From positions 1-45,583 of IMG/VR virus record IMGVR_UViG_3300032373_000026: a DNA stretch of 45,583 bases; one strand, 5' to 3'. The translations under genes and the position numbers were made by a program. Below are positions 26,242-34,785 of this stretch, piece after piece. Origin of the DNA: a virus. Its lineage: Duplodnaviria > Caudoviricetes. Under the pieces are notes generated by a model, which did not search any database, was not told the origin of the DNA, and worked only from the letters and a program-made list of their open reading frames with translations. The stretch's first letter is position 1. Every line of letters begins with the position of its first letter.

Positions 26242-26995
26242 CGGGTGTCTCCGGGATTGAAAGGGCTTCACGGTTGCGGGAGGACGCTTCCAGAACGGCT
26301 TTTCTGAAATACGTCCAAGTGGTGATCGGGCTGGCACGGGGTTGCATGGTCTTGGCGGCGATCACCGGCACGATGTCCCGCTGGAAGTCGCATCCGGCCT
26401 GAAGCCATCGACCCACTTCAGCGCCGGACAGGGACAGTCCAGGCTCCTTGGCCGGGTCCGCCAATCCAGGGCCGGCAACTTCCAAAAGCTGCCGGATCGA
26501 ACTAGCCAAATCAGGTCGATCTGAATTCCCGTCGTGCGCAGGCAGAGAAGAGTCTATATGGTATGGTTCTGGATAGGCTGAACCTATGTCATTGTTTTCA
26601 TTGGATGGGTCATCAATCTCAGCCGGTTTTCGCGCGGTTTTCGCGCGGTTTTCAGCGCGTTTTCGCGCTCCTTTCGCGCCGTTTTCAGCGTTTTCCTCCT
26701 CCTGCTCGATCCTGTGACCGACCTCCGAAAGAGCCCTCGCCTGGCAAATCGCTCCATCTTCAATGGTAATTTTGCCAGCCTTCAGGAGGGCTGATTTCAG
26801 GGATTTCCACTTGCGCATCGAGACGCGACACCGGTGCATCATTTCCCGGTCTCCCTCGTCATCATCGGGCAAGGGTGCCCGTCTGGAATTGATGGCGTTG
26901 CAGATACGCAGGAGAGCCGCCTCCTCCTCGAGCGAAAGAGCGGCTGTGCCATCATCCCACTCACGCCCGAACATGCGCCAGTATGGATCGCTCAT
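26096..26995 (-). CDS. Replication initiator (DUF1376/YdaU-like wHTH)
   Basis: 'PYW......W..GT..LS.EE.....R.......PLP.D', 'S.RKW......L...GKI'; contains iterons; follows dnaB. Confidence 0.8.
   Translation of the reverse strand: MSDPYWRMFGREWDDGTAALSLEEEAALLRICNAINSRRAPLPDDDEGDREMMHRCRVSMRKWKSLKSALLKAGKITIEDGAICQARALSEVGHRIEQEEENAENGAKGARKRAENRAKTARKPAEIDDPSNENNDIGSAYPEPYHIDSSLPAHDGNSDRPDLASSIRQLLEVAGPGLADPAKEPGLSLSGAEVGRWLQAGCDFQRDIVPVIAAKTMQPRASPITTWTYFRKAVLEASSRNREALSIPETPDDQPASNSQERPRQAYRPSTRRRGGYSVAEACAGMLADLSDDDDVPTG
26624..26697. repeat. Iteron-like tandem repeats (GGTTTTCGCGC-type); probable phage origin
   Basis: ggttttcgcgc ggttttcgcgc ggttttcagcgc gttttcgcgc ..tttcgcgcc gttttcagc gttttcc, next to an AT-richer tract (~26552-26602). 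Confidence 0.7.
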
Positions 26996-28413
26996 CGGTG
27001 ATCCTCCCTGTCGCTAAAGCGCATGCGCTCGCCATTGAAATGCAGATCGCAGATGCCGATCGGTCCATGCCGCTGCTTGCCGATGATAACTTCAGCGTCG
27101 AACTGGATGCGGCGGAACTCATCTTCCCACGCGAGATATTCGGGCGTGCCTTCCTGGGGCTTCTCACGCTCGCGATAATAAGCGTCGCGATACAGAAACA
27201 GCACACCGTCCGCGTCCTGCTCTATCGATCCAGATTCACGAAGATCGGAGAGCTGCGGGCGCTTGTCCTGACGGTTCTCGACCTGACGGGATAGCTGCGA
27301 CAAGGCGAGGACGGGTATTTCCAACTCCTTGGCCAGCGCTTTCAGGGCGGCGCTGATTTCAGAGACCTCCTGGACGCGGTTATCACCTCGGGTCCGCTTG
27401 GATGGCGTCACCAATTGGAGATAGTCCACAATCAGTAAATCAAGCCCCTTGGACCGCTTCAGGCGACGGGCGCGAGAGCAGAGGGCGTTGATTGAAATCC
27501 CGCCCGTATCGTCGATATGCAACGGGAGCTCGCTCACCTTCAGTGCCGCTTCACGAACGCGCTCAAACTCGTCTTGGTTGAACACGCCTTGTCGGATTTT
27601 CCACGAAGGGACATTGGCCAGGTCGGCGATTATGCGTTGCGATATTTGATCACCAGCCATCTCAAGAGACGGGAAGCCGACGCTGTGCCCCTCTCGGGCC
27701 GCGCTCTCGGCAATATTCGTCGCGAGGGCCGTCTTTCCGATTGATGGGCGCGCGGCAAGGATAATCAGATCCGATGGGTGCAGGCCGCCGAACTTGGTAT
27801 CCAGGGTCTTGATGCCGGTGGGAATGCCCCCGGCGCCGTCGCTCTCATAGGCGGAAGCAGCTCGCGAAAGCATTGTGGCTGTATGCTCTTTGAAACTGAG
27901 ATAGCCCCTGGAGCCCGTTTTCTGCTCCGCCAATGAGAAGAGCTGGGATTCCGCATGTTCGATCAGCGCGTGCGCATCCACGTCCTGATCAGTGACAGCA
28001 TCGCCGGCCATCTCATTGCCGACGCGTATCACTTCACGACGCAGGAATGTCTCGCGAACCATGCGGCCGTATTCGACCGCGGCGTTGCTGGTCAGTGGCG
28101 CAGATTGAACCAATTCGATCAGGTATGCGGTCCCGCCGATTTGAGCGAGGCCGTCATCCTGTTCGAGTTTGGCTTTCAGGGTGATCGGGTCGCACAGATT
28201 ACCGATTCCGATCTGGTCGCCGATGGCCTCGAAGATGCGGGCGTGAACCGGATCATGGAAATGCTCTGGCTTGAGCCAGTCTGCGATCCGGTGATAGGTC
28301 GCGTTTTCGTACAGGAGAGCACCAAGGATTGCTTGTTCCGCATCAATGTTGCGCGGCACCGTCGCGGCGGCTTCCGGCTCCTGAGAGGGCGTCTGGGCAA
28401 TTTCGGCGACCAT
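26992..28413 (-). CDS. dnaB: Replicative DNA helicase
   Basis: 'AEQAILGALL', Walker A 'AARPSIGKT', 'SLEM', 'VDYLQL', 'LSQLSR.VE.R.DKRP.LSDLRESGSIEQDAD', 'KQRHGP'. Confidence 0.97.
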   Translation of the reverse strand: MVAEIAQTPSQEPEAAATVPRNIDAEQAILGALLYENATYHRIADWLKPEHFHDPVHARIFEAIGDQIGIGNLCDPITLKAKLEQDDGLAQIGGTAYLIELVQSAPLTSNAAVEYGRMVRETFLRREVIRVGNEMAGDAVTDQDVDAHALIEHAESQLFSLAEQKTGSRGYLSFKEHTATMLSRAASAYESDGAGGIPTGIKTLDTKFGGLHPSDLIILAARPSIGKTALATNIAESAAREGHSVGFPSLEMAGDQISQRIIADLANVPSWKIRQGVFNQDEFERVREAALKVSELPLHIDDTGGISINALCSRARRLKRSKGLDLLIVDYLQLVTPSKRTRGDNRVQEVSEISAALKALAKELEIPVLALSQLSRQVENRQDKRPQLSDLRESGSIEQDADGVLFLYRDAYYREREKPQEGTPEYLAWEDEFRRIQFDAEVIIGKQRHGPIGICDLHFNGERMRFSDREDHR

Positions 28414-28958
28414 TATGCTGCCACCCCGAACACAAAGCGGTCACGCGAATTAATCTTGGATCGGTCAAACCGCTTTCGGGGGCGCTTGTACGGCGACATG
28501 CAGCGCGCGTGGTGATGCGTGCAGTAGGATGAATCCTCGTCCTGCTTGGCACCGCAGAAAAGCGTATCGGCGCTTCCCGGCGTGTTCACATCATCAATCG
28601 GAAACCTGCACTGGTCACGCTCCAGATCGGTGAATCGCGTCGGATTCATTTGAACCGGAAACACCGCCGCATGCGCCATCAAAGCGACGCGCACTGCGAC
28701 CGGCTTATCCTTGTGCCCAACCTTGAGCCAGCGGACGCCGCCATGCTGGCGTGTCTTAGGCTGCGCGGCGATCTTCTTCACGCGCTCTGGCGCGTTGGGG
28801 CTCTTGCCCGTGCACCCAAGGCGGTGGAGCTTGCCAATCACCGCGCCGCGACTGTTGAGCCCCATTTTGCGCCGGATCATCTCGGCAGACATGCCGGACT
28901 TCCACGAATCGACCAGCTCCTCTTGAGCTGAAGGCGTCCACTCGAAATCTTGTGTCAT
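28413..28958 (-). CDS. gcrA: GcrA-family cell-cycle regulator, phage-encoded
   Basis: 'WT.......W..G.SA..I......SR.AVIGK.HRLG' and 'L....CRFPI.......FCG......YC..H'. Confidence 0.9.
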   Translation of the reverse strand: MTQDFEWTPSAQEELVDSWKSGMSAEMIRRKMGLNSRGAVIGKLHRLGCTGKSPNAPERVKKIAAQPKTRQHGGVRWLKVGHKDKPVAVRVALMAHAAVFPVQMNPTRFTDLERDQCRFPIDDVNTPGSADTLFCGAKQDEDSSYCTHHHARCMSPYKRPRKRFDRSKINSRDRFVFGVAA

Positions 28959-29083
28959 CACCGGCCCTCCGGCTTGTGTTGGAGACAGAACCAGGAGCCA
29001 CGGGAACGCAGAGTCACGTTGAACCCGTATCGAGCGGGATTACCGCAGGTCTGGCATGTGAATGGGGGAATAGGGGCGTTCAT
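28958..29083 (-). CDS. Small Cys/His zinc-binding peptide (41 aa)
   Basis: MNAPIPPFTCQTCGNPARYGF...WFCLQH; coupled to both neighbours. Confidence 0.55.
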   Translation of the reverse strand: MNAPIPPFTCQTCGNPARYGFNVTLRSRGSWFCLQHKPEGR

Positions 29084-29430
29084 GCGAACCCCCGGCTTTG
29101 CAGTTTGCGAGAGCCTTTCGGAGGCCATTGGTTGGCCGGCGACGGGATGGATTTGGTCTTACCAGCGGCGCGGCGTGCCTGTTGCCCGGTCAGGCGCGCT
29201 TGGCGCTTGGCCTTGGCGATGCGAGGTATGTCCTCCTCGCTCGTCTTCTGCCGATGGCATTCGCGGCAAGAAAGCCACAGGTTTTCCTCTGTGTTCTTTC
29301 CGTTCAGGGCGACGGGGACGCGGTGCTCGAACTCCTTGCCGACATTCTTGCAGCCGTCCGCTTCACACATGCCACCAGACCGGGCGAGCACGGCGCGCTT
29401 GACGGCAACCGGGATAGCTTTGCGCTTCAT
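29080..29430 (-). CDS. HNH endonuclease
   Basis: 'CE..GC....EFEH..P....G.....NL...C..CH..KT..D...IAKAKR'. Confidence 0.88.
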   Translation of the reverse strand: MKRKAIPVAVKRAVLARSGGMCEADGCKNVGKEFEHRVPVALNGKNTEENLWLSCRECHRQKTSEEDIPRIAKAKRQARLTGQQARRAAGKTKSIPSPANQWPPKGSRKLQSRGFA

Positions 29431-30023
29431 GTGACGTGCCCCCACGTTGCGCCTCGAACAACGTTTTGGACGCACGACACCCCAACCCCAAGGCGCGACG
29501 CGATGCTCGGCACGGTCTCACCGTTTCTGCGTCGCTTCCGGATCTCCCGGACGTCACCCTCAGTCAGTACTGCGTGTTTTGCAGCAGAGCCGAAAACAAG
29601 TCGGCCCTTTCGTTTAGCGTCCTGCATATTATCGGCCCGTGTTCCGACGAATATGTGATCAGGACGGACACATCGCGGATTGTCGCAGGCATGGCAGCAA
29701 TCCAATTCATCCGACACTTCGCCGACCAACGCCTTGTAGACGGCACGATGGGCCGCAGTCCGCCGCCCCTTTAGGCTAAAAACACCGTACCCATGATTGT
29801 TAGTCGGCCCACGCCACAACCAACAGCCTTCACCCAAGGAAAAGGAGCCGATCAACCGGGCAAATGGGTCTGGCAGGTGACCCAGGCGACCACGCATGAT
29901 CCCGGCCTCGGTGAAGGCTTTGCGCAGCGTTTCTCTTCCTATGCCCGTATCTCGCTCCACACTTCTCAGCGACCCGCCAGATTGATACATTTCGGTAGCG
30001 ACATCGATATTCTGCTTAGCCAT
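29427..30023 (-). CDS. HNH homing-type endonuclease with flanking HTH motifs
   Basis: 'CWLW.G.....GYG.......AHR', 'CH.CDNP.CV.P.H...GT..DN..D...KGR'. Confidence 0.9.
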   Translation of the reverse strand: MAKQNIDVATEMYQSGGSLRSVERDTGIGRETLRKAFTEAGIMRGRLGHLPDPFARLIGSFSLGEGCWLWRGPTNNHGYGVFSLKGRRTAAHRAVYKALVGEVSDELDCCHACDNPRCVRPDHIFVGTRADNMQDAKRKGRLVFGSAAKHAVLTEGDVREIRKRRRNGETVPSIASRLGVGVSCVQNVVRGATWGHVT

Positions 30024-30201
30024 TACGCGCCTCCCGGTTCCAGATCAGGGCTTCCGTGGTGATGTCGCGAAGCTCTTTCCAGCGGGCTTTGCGCTGGCCT
30101 TTTTGAGCGCGTATCCAGCGTTCACGGGCCGCAGCACGGGCTGGCTCCATAGCGACGGGGAAAGCGCTTGGATTTGGCGGTGGCGTGAACAGATCGGCCA
30201 T
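30016..30201 (-). CDS. Hypothetical small basic protein
   Basis: Coupled to both neighbours. Confidence 0.55.
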   Translation of the reverse strand: MADLFTPPPNPSAFPVAMEPARAAARERWIRAQKGQRKARWKELRDITTEALIWNREARNG

Positions 30202-30731
30202 CACGCTGCCCCCATCATCTTAACGACAGCGGACGGGCGAACATTCGGAGAGAGACCCGCCTTGGCCGCATAGCTGGTGCGGTGGCGTTGAAGCTCGGCA
30301 ATGGCCTCGTCAATCTCGCGAACGGTCTGCAAGCATTCCGCCGGCGTCTCGGTTTCCCCGCCATCGCTGTTCGGGTTGGTCGCTGCCGTGATGGTCTGCA
30401 CCACGTCATTCAGCTCGCCAGAGATATGGCCGACGCGCTCAATGGCTGACATCTCGCAGGGCGAGGCCCCCTGCCCCGTGCGTTCGCGATATAGCTGACC
30501 GTAGACAGCTCCAAGCGGGCCGGGGCGACCCGTGCTCTCGAAAAAGGCAACGTCCAGGTCGAGAGCCTGCGAAAGCGTGTATGGCGTATAGCTCGACCGA
30601 TCGCTGTCACAGGCGTGACGAACACGGCCTTCAGTCATGCCGATGATTGCCGCGCACCCTTCGATGCGGAAATGATCTCGCAGCGCCACAGAAGCGCTTT
30701 CAAACGTTCCGGGCTTCCTGATCTTGGTCAT
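30201..30731 (-). CDS. CII-like regulatory protein
   Basis: 'MTK.R.PG.F..A.......G...A..G', 'A..LD'; position downstream of cro. Confidence 0.6.
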   Translation of the reverse strand: MTKIRKPGTFESASVALRDHFRIEGCAAIIGMTEGRVRHACDSDRSSYTPYTLSQALDLDVAFFESTGRPGPLGAVYGQLYRERTGQGASPCEMSAIERVGHISGELNDVVQTITAATNPNSDGGETETPAECLQTVREIDEAIAELQRHRTSYAAKAGLSPNVRPSAVVKMMGAA

Positions 30732-31180
30732 GGCCGAATTGCCTTTCCGATTGTCATGGACGGTTGCCGATCGCCGGTCGCATGCTGGCGTCGGGCAAAC
30801 AGAGGGCGGATGAAATGAAGGGTGCGGACCAAACCGCGCGGGGCGGCGACATGGCGCAGCGCTTGAGCCGGATTGCCGTTGCAGCAGACAGGCGTGCAGC
30901 AAACCTCCCGGAGAATGACCCAGAGCGAGCTTTCCATGCCGCTCATTGTGATCTGGCAATGACCAGACTGGCGCGGCTTCATGGTCGCCGCCATGCGTGA
31001 ATGGGTGCGCGTCCGGGGCAAAGGGGGAAAGACCCGGACGCGCTTCGCCACACGGAGGGATGAGCGCGGGCGAATTCGATTATTCGAAAAACATTTGCAA
31101 CTCAGGGCTTTGTGTTCCAAGCCGCACAATTCGGCCCCAATCGCGACAGATTCTGTCACCACCGTCCGGTATGGGTTGGG

Positions 31181-31195
31181 GAACAACCAAGAAAC
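31181..31195 (+). promoter_or_regulatory. Candidate alphaproteobacterial LexA box (one mismatch)
   Basis: GAAC-AACCAAG-AAAC versus GAAC-N7-GAAC, 13 bp upstream of the ATG at 31208. Confidence 0.4.
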
Positions 31196-31207
31196 GGACG
31201 GTGGTGT

Positions 31208-31423
31208 ATGGACAAAATGCCCAAGCTCTTCATTGACTTCCCGGCCCTCGTGGAGTGGCACGGGGACCGCTTTGAAATCACATCCGAGAGCGGGGGCGTT
31301 GAGGTGCCGCTGGTTCTCACCAAGCATGCCGCCGTCGGTCTGCTCACAAACTTGCGTCGTGCCATCTTGCAAAGCGAGCGGATCGACGAAGTGCCGGTTT
31401 TTGAGAGGGTGCGGGATTTCTGA
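31208..31423 (+). CDS. Small hypothetical protein convergent with cro (possible antirepressor)
   Basis: Protein-like 71-aa ORF; stop abuts the cro stop; LexA-like box upstream. Confidence 0.55.
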   Translation: MDKMPKLFIDFPALVEWHGDRFEITSESGGVEVPLVLTKHAAVGLLTNLRRAILQSERIDEVPVFERVRDF

Positions 31424-31425
31424 CA

Positions 31426-31659
31426 TCAGGCGGCGTCCCGCGCACGCCGTGCGGCGAGGGCATAAAGGAGCTCATACGAGACATCCCGAACCCCTTGCTC
31501 CTCGGCAGCTGCGACGACTGCAGGAAAATGAGCCGCAGGCAATCGATCGCGGTATTTCCACATCCGGACGATCACGGGTTCAACGCCAACCGCCCTGGCA
31601 AGAGCTGCCGGACTTTCAAACGCATCGATGAGGGCGGAAAATGAGGAATGCTTCATCAT
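31426..31659 (-). CDS. Cro-like HTH protein
   Basis: 'LIDAF....ALARAVGV....VRMW..R..LP...FP'; divergent from the repressor. Confidence 0.85.
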   Translation of the reverse strand: MMKHSSFSALIDAFESPAALARAVGVEPVIVRMWKYRDRLPAAHFPAVVAAAEEQGVRDVSYELLYALAARRARDAA

Positions 31660-31665
31660 TTGGCG

Positions 31666-31708
31666 ACCGTAACTACAAGTTACTATCGACGTCAAGGCAA
31701 AAGGTAAC
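31666..31708 (-). promoter_or_regulatory. PR-like promoter with GTAAC-N5-GTTAC operator
   Basis: Minus strand TTGACG-18-TACGGT; palindrome GTAAC-TACAA-GTTAC at 31669-31683; half-site at 31704. Confidence 0.75.
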
Positions 31709-31742
31709 CCAAAGGGCCCATTGCCCATGTATCGATTCCCGC

Positions 31743-32060
31743 ATGGCCACCGAAGATGACATTTCCGAACGGATCCGCAGCGCCCGGATTAGTGCAGGCT
31801 TCGCCAGTGCCGCAGAAGCGGCCCGACGGCTCGGCATGGAAGCGCATGCCTACCGCCACTATGAAAGCGGGTCACGGGTTCCGCCGACTTCGCGGCTCCC
31901 GGATATTGCAAAGCTGTTCAAGGTCTCTCTCGAATGGCTGATCACCGGCAAAGGCAATCGGGAGACTGCCGAAGTGATCGACCTTTGGGATCGGATGCCG
32001 CAGAGCAACCGCAAAGCGGCATTGAGCATGCTGCGCTCGCTTTCGGATAAGGAAGCTTGA
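31743..32060 (+). CDS. CI-like repressor (XRE HTH, no S24 peptidase domain)
   Basis: 'ERIRSAR..AG...AEAARRLG.....Y..YE.G.R.P....L..IAK.F.VSLEWL.TG.G'; 105 aa; no obvious RBS (possibly leaderless). Confidence 0.88.
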   Translation: MATEDDISERIRSARISAGFASAAEAARRLGMEAHAYRHYESGSRVPPTSRLPDIAKLFKVSLEWLITGKGNRETAEVIDLWDRMPQSNRKAALSMLRSLSDKEA

Positions 32061-32062
32061 GG

Positions 32063-32692
32063 GTGAAGAAAACAATGCGCTGCGCTGCGGCCTTCGCGGC
32101 CCTAGTCATTTTGTCGTCGTGCGGCGAAAACAATGCACGCAGCCAGCCAAGGTCATTTCCAGCGAGCGAACGACAGTCGCCCCAATCGCCGACTGAAGCG
32201 GATAGACGCCAGTATCGCGCCAGCGCTAGCGGCCCGACCAGGCCACCACGCGTGAACCACTGGTCCCGATATACCACTCGAAGCCCGATAGACGACTCAC
32301 GGTCAGTGTTTCTATCCGTTGATGCCGTCCGGCCCGCTGGTCTAAGTTTCGGGCGCGAGGTGACCGCAAGACTGACCGTGCGCTGCCAAGAGAACACCAC
32401 CAGTGTCATCGTAGGGTTTGGCGATATATTTCTCGGCATAGACCCACTGTCGGTTGAGTACAGGCTCGACGACGAGACTGCTTCACAAGGCCGCTGGCCG
32501 GTATCCACAGACCATTCCGCCTTCGGCCTATGGTCAGGCGGCCAATCAATCCCGCTAGTTCGCCGTATGGCTGAAGCCGAACGGCTACGGATCAGGTTTA
32601 CGCCCTATTCGGAATCGCCGGCGACCATTGAGTTCAATGTCTCGAACTTGAATGAGCACCTGGGCGACCTTCGCGCCGCCTGCAACTGGTAG
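32063..32692 (+). CDS. Lipoprotein with VasI/TagO-like C-terminal domain
   Basis: Lipobox LSSC; 'SPIDDS..V.L', 'L..RC.EN.T', 'V.YRLD', 'S.D..A.GLW.G...IP', 'TP..ESP....F.......L..AC.W'. Confidence 0.7.
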   Translation: MKKTMRCAAAFAALVILSSCGENNARSQPRSFPASERQSPQSPTEADRRQYRASASGPTRPPRVNHWSRYTTRSPIDDSRSVFLSVDAVRPAGLSFGREVTARLTVRCQENTTSVIVGFGDIFLGIDPLSVEYRLDDETASQGRWPVSTDHSAFGLWSGGQSIPLVRRMAEAERLRIRFTPYSESPATIEFNVSNLNEHLGDLRAACNW

Positions 32693-32746
32693 GCACTCGT
32701 TAAAAACCTAGCAATGGCAACCGAGCGGGACGATTTCTGCAGAATG

Positions 32747-32789
32747 GTAACTTTTAGTTATTGACGGCGGCGTAACTGCCCGTTACCGT
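32747..32789 (+). promoter_or_regulatory. PL-like early promoter with two operators
   Basis: TTGACG(32761)-17-TACCGT; GTAAC-TTTTA-GTTAT (32747) and GTAAC-TGCCC-GTTAC (32772). Confidence 0.8.
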
Positions 32790-32813
32790 CCCTTCACAAC
32801 TTGGAGAGACCAG

Positions 32814-33173
32814 ATGCAACCGAACGCGATACAGCCCTCCGCCCCAGTCGGCAGCTACATCCCCAAGAATGACACGGCGACCTATCACTGGTTCCGCAAG
32901 CTGCTGGATGAGCGCGAGCAACGCGACGCCGACGGGTTCACGCTCTACGCGACGGATTGGAACGTCTCGCCCCATTTTGCCCGCGCCGTAGAGGATTGCG
33001 GACTGGTCGAGGGCCGCAAGTCGGCTTGGAAGAATTGCCGGGGCTACCGGATCACCGAACTTGGCCGGGCCGCCTTCGAAGATTTCGAGGCGATGGCCCG
33101 GGTCCCGCCTCTTGAGCGCGATGCCTTCCTGCAATCCCGTGCGCTAGAGCGGATGATGGGAGAGGCAGCGTGA
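32814..33173 (+). CDS. Hypothetical early protein (wHTH-like 'YRITELGR')
   Basis: First ORF after PL; GGAGAG RBS. Confidence 0.75.
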   Translation: MQPNAIQPSAPVGSYIPKNDTATYHWFRKLLDEREQRDADGFTLYATDWNVSPHFARAVEDCGLVEGRKSAWKNCRGYRITELGRAAFEDFEAMARVPPLERDAFLQSRALERMMGEAA

Positions 33174-33385
33174 GCGCCCTTCCCGCCAGCCTTTCGCTGG
33201 ATGCGCCTGTTGAGCTAACCTCTGGCGGCTCTGTCATCTGGGCGAACGCAACCGCCCTCGGCATGAGCATGACCGCTATCGAGGCAAACGACCTCGCAGA
33301 GCGCGTTGGCCCGATCTTCCGTGATCTTGGCGCATTCGACGCCCTTCTCAAGTCCGCCCGCGAAACCAGGGGAGAGGCAGCATGA
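33170..33385 (+). CDS. Hypothetical protein
   Basis: GTGA coupling, GGAGAGG RBS. Confidence 0.7.
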   Translation: MSALPASLSLDAPVELTSGGSVIWANATALGMSMTAIEANDLAERVGPIFRDLGAFDALLKSARETRGEAA

Positions 33386-33963
33386 CCCGTAAATACGAAT
33401 TCACAGGCGAAACGAAGCAATGGCTTGGCCGGACGCTGCACCAAATCCGCGCCGTCGCTGCTATCGCATCGATTGGCGTGTCCGTTGGTGATGTCGGCGG
33501 GTGGATCGAAAGCGAGAAAAACCTCAGCCATGGCGGCAATGCGTGGGTCTCCGGCAATGCGCGGGTCTACGGCAATGCGCGGGTCTACGGCGATGCGTGG
33601 GTCTCCGGCAATGCGCGGGTCTACGGCGATGCGGAGGTCTACGGCGATGCGCGGGTCCACGGCAATGCGCGGGTCTACGGCGATGCGGAGGTCTACGGCG
33701 ATGCGCGGGTCCACGGCAATGCGGAGGTCATCTGGTTGTCCCATGTGGGCAGCGAGTTCGGCACGCTCACGCTTTTCCGAACCAAGGACGGCGAATGCGT
33801 TAGCCGGGGCTGCTTCACAGGCACGCTGGACGAGTTCGAGGCGGCAGTGAAGCGCAAGCATTCCAATAATCTGCACGGCCAAGAATACGCGCTGATCATT
33901 CAGATGTTCCGGCTTCGCGTCGTTTCATGGCCCGCCCGCACTCATACAGAGGAGTCCGCGTGA
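33382..33963 (+). CDS. Phage hexapeptide-repeat (G[ND]A[RWE]V[YSH]) beta-helix protein
   Basis: 'KYE.T.E......TL..IRA.......G..GGWIE.E.NLS..G.AWV', repeats, 'GCF.GT..EF'. Confidence 0.88.
   Translation: MTRKYEFTGETKQWLGRTLHQIRAVAAIASIGVSVGDVGGWIESEKNLSHGGNAWVSGNARVYGNARVYGDAWVSGNARVYGDAEVYGDARVHGNARVYGDAEVYGDARVHGNAEVIWLSHVGSEFGTLTLFRTKDGECVSRGCFTGTLDEFEAAVKRKHSNNLHGQEYALIIQMFRLRVVSWPARTHTEESA
33535..33729 (+). repeat. 18-bp tandem coding repeat (GGC[AG]ATGCG[CTG][GA]GGTC..C), about 11 units
   Basis: Directly visible; encodes the hexapeptide repeat. Confidence 0.9.
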
Positions 33964-34325
33964 TGCGTATCGTCGAGGAGGCGGAATTTCGCCAACGCAT
34001 TGGCGCTGCGCTCACAAGCGCGTCAAACGACATCGGGGCCGTCACTGGTCCGGGCAGGTCTGGCGCCGTGGCCGCGGTCTATGCCTCGCACATTCTGCAG
34101 GTGCCGTTCATTCCGTATGGCCAAGAGCCAGACATCGCCCACCTTGGCCGTCTGCTCATCATCGACACGGCGGAGGCCAGTGGCGGAACGATCCGCAAGG
34201 CTGCTCGGAAGTATCGGGCATACGATCCGGAGACGATCACCGTCTTCAAGGAGCCGCCGCGCGTCGCCTTCTGGTACGAGGAACCGAAGCCACAACGCTA
34301 CCGCCACGAGCGGAGGGCCGCGTGA
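33963..34325 (+). CDS. Small phosphoribosyltransferase-fold protein
   Basis: 'VTGPGRSGAVAAVYAS..L.VP' and a PRPP-loop-like 'LLIIDTAEASGGTI'. Confidence 0.65.
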   Translation: MRIVEEAEFRQRIGAALTSASNDIGAVTGPGRSGAVAAVYASHILQVPFIPYGQEPDIAHLGRLLIIDTAEASGGTIRKAARKYRAYDPETITVFKEPPRVAFWYEEPKPQRYRHERRAA

Positions 34326-34522
34326 TGGCTGATCGTATCGAGCGGAAAGAAAATGCTGCGCTTCGTCGCCGGCATGGAGACCACCGCATTTACTCCATCA
34401 CGCGGTGGCGGGGCGAGCAAAAGGCAGGGCTTACGGACCTCGAATACGTCGATTGGCGCGCGGACAAGAAGTGGTGCGCCGCCGACGACATGCTCTCAGC
34501 TCGCCAGAAAGGCGGTGCGTGA
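34325..34522 (+). CDS. Hypothetical protein
   Basis: Coupled ORF. Confidence 0.6.
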   Translation: MADRIERKENAALRRRHGDHRIYSITRWRGEQKAGLTDLEYVDWRADKKWCAADDMLSARQKGGA

Positions 34523-34785
34523 TGGACGTCGACTTCTACGACTACGAGGAGGACGCGCCGTGCCCGCGCTGTATGGGCGACGGAACGATCATCTGCCATT
34601 GCGGGGGCGACCTGTGCGTGTGCGCCAACTACGGCGATGCACCATGCCCGGTCTGCCACGGTGAAGGCTCTGTGAGCGAAGAGCGGGAGGCCGCGTTCCT
34701 CAAGGCAGAAGCCGAAGCGGCCAAATGGTCCCAGAAGTTTTGGGCCAGCCTTTCCAAACACACCCAGAAAGGCGGTGACGCATGA
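34522..34785 (+). CDS. Zinc-finger protein with DnaJ-type CxxCxGxG motifs
   Basis: CPRCMGDG ... CHC..DLCVC ... CPVCHGEG. Confidence 0.7.
   Translation: MDVDFYDYEEDAPCPRCMGDGTIICHCGGDLCVCANYGDAPCPVCHGEGSVSEEREAAFLKAEAEAAKWSQKFWASLSKHTQKGGDA

Noticed and set aside
30728-31426. 232-aa minus-strand ORF between cro and the CII-like gene
   Set aside because: Although coupled at both ends, the translation looks non-globular and overlaps a more protein-like plus-strand ORF; a shorter real gene here cannot be excluded
32063-32692. Type VI secretion locus
   Set aside because: Only a single VasI-like domain; no Tss core genes
33535-33729. Regular short repeats resembling a CRISPR array
   Set aside because: Tandem 18-bp in-frame units with no unique spacers; they encode a hexapeptide beta-helix and there are no cas genes
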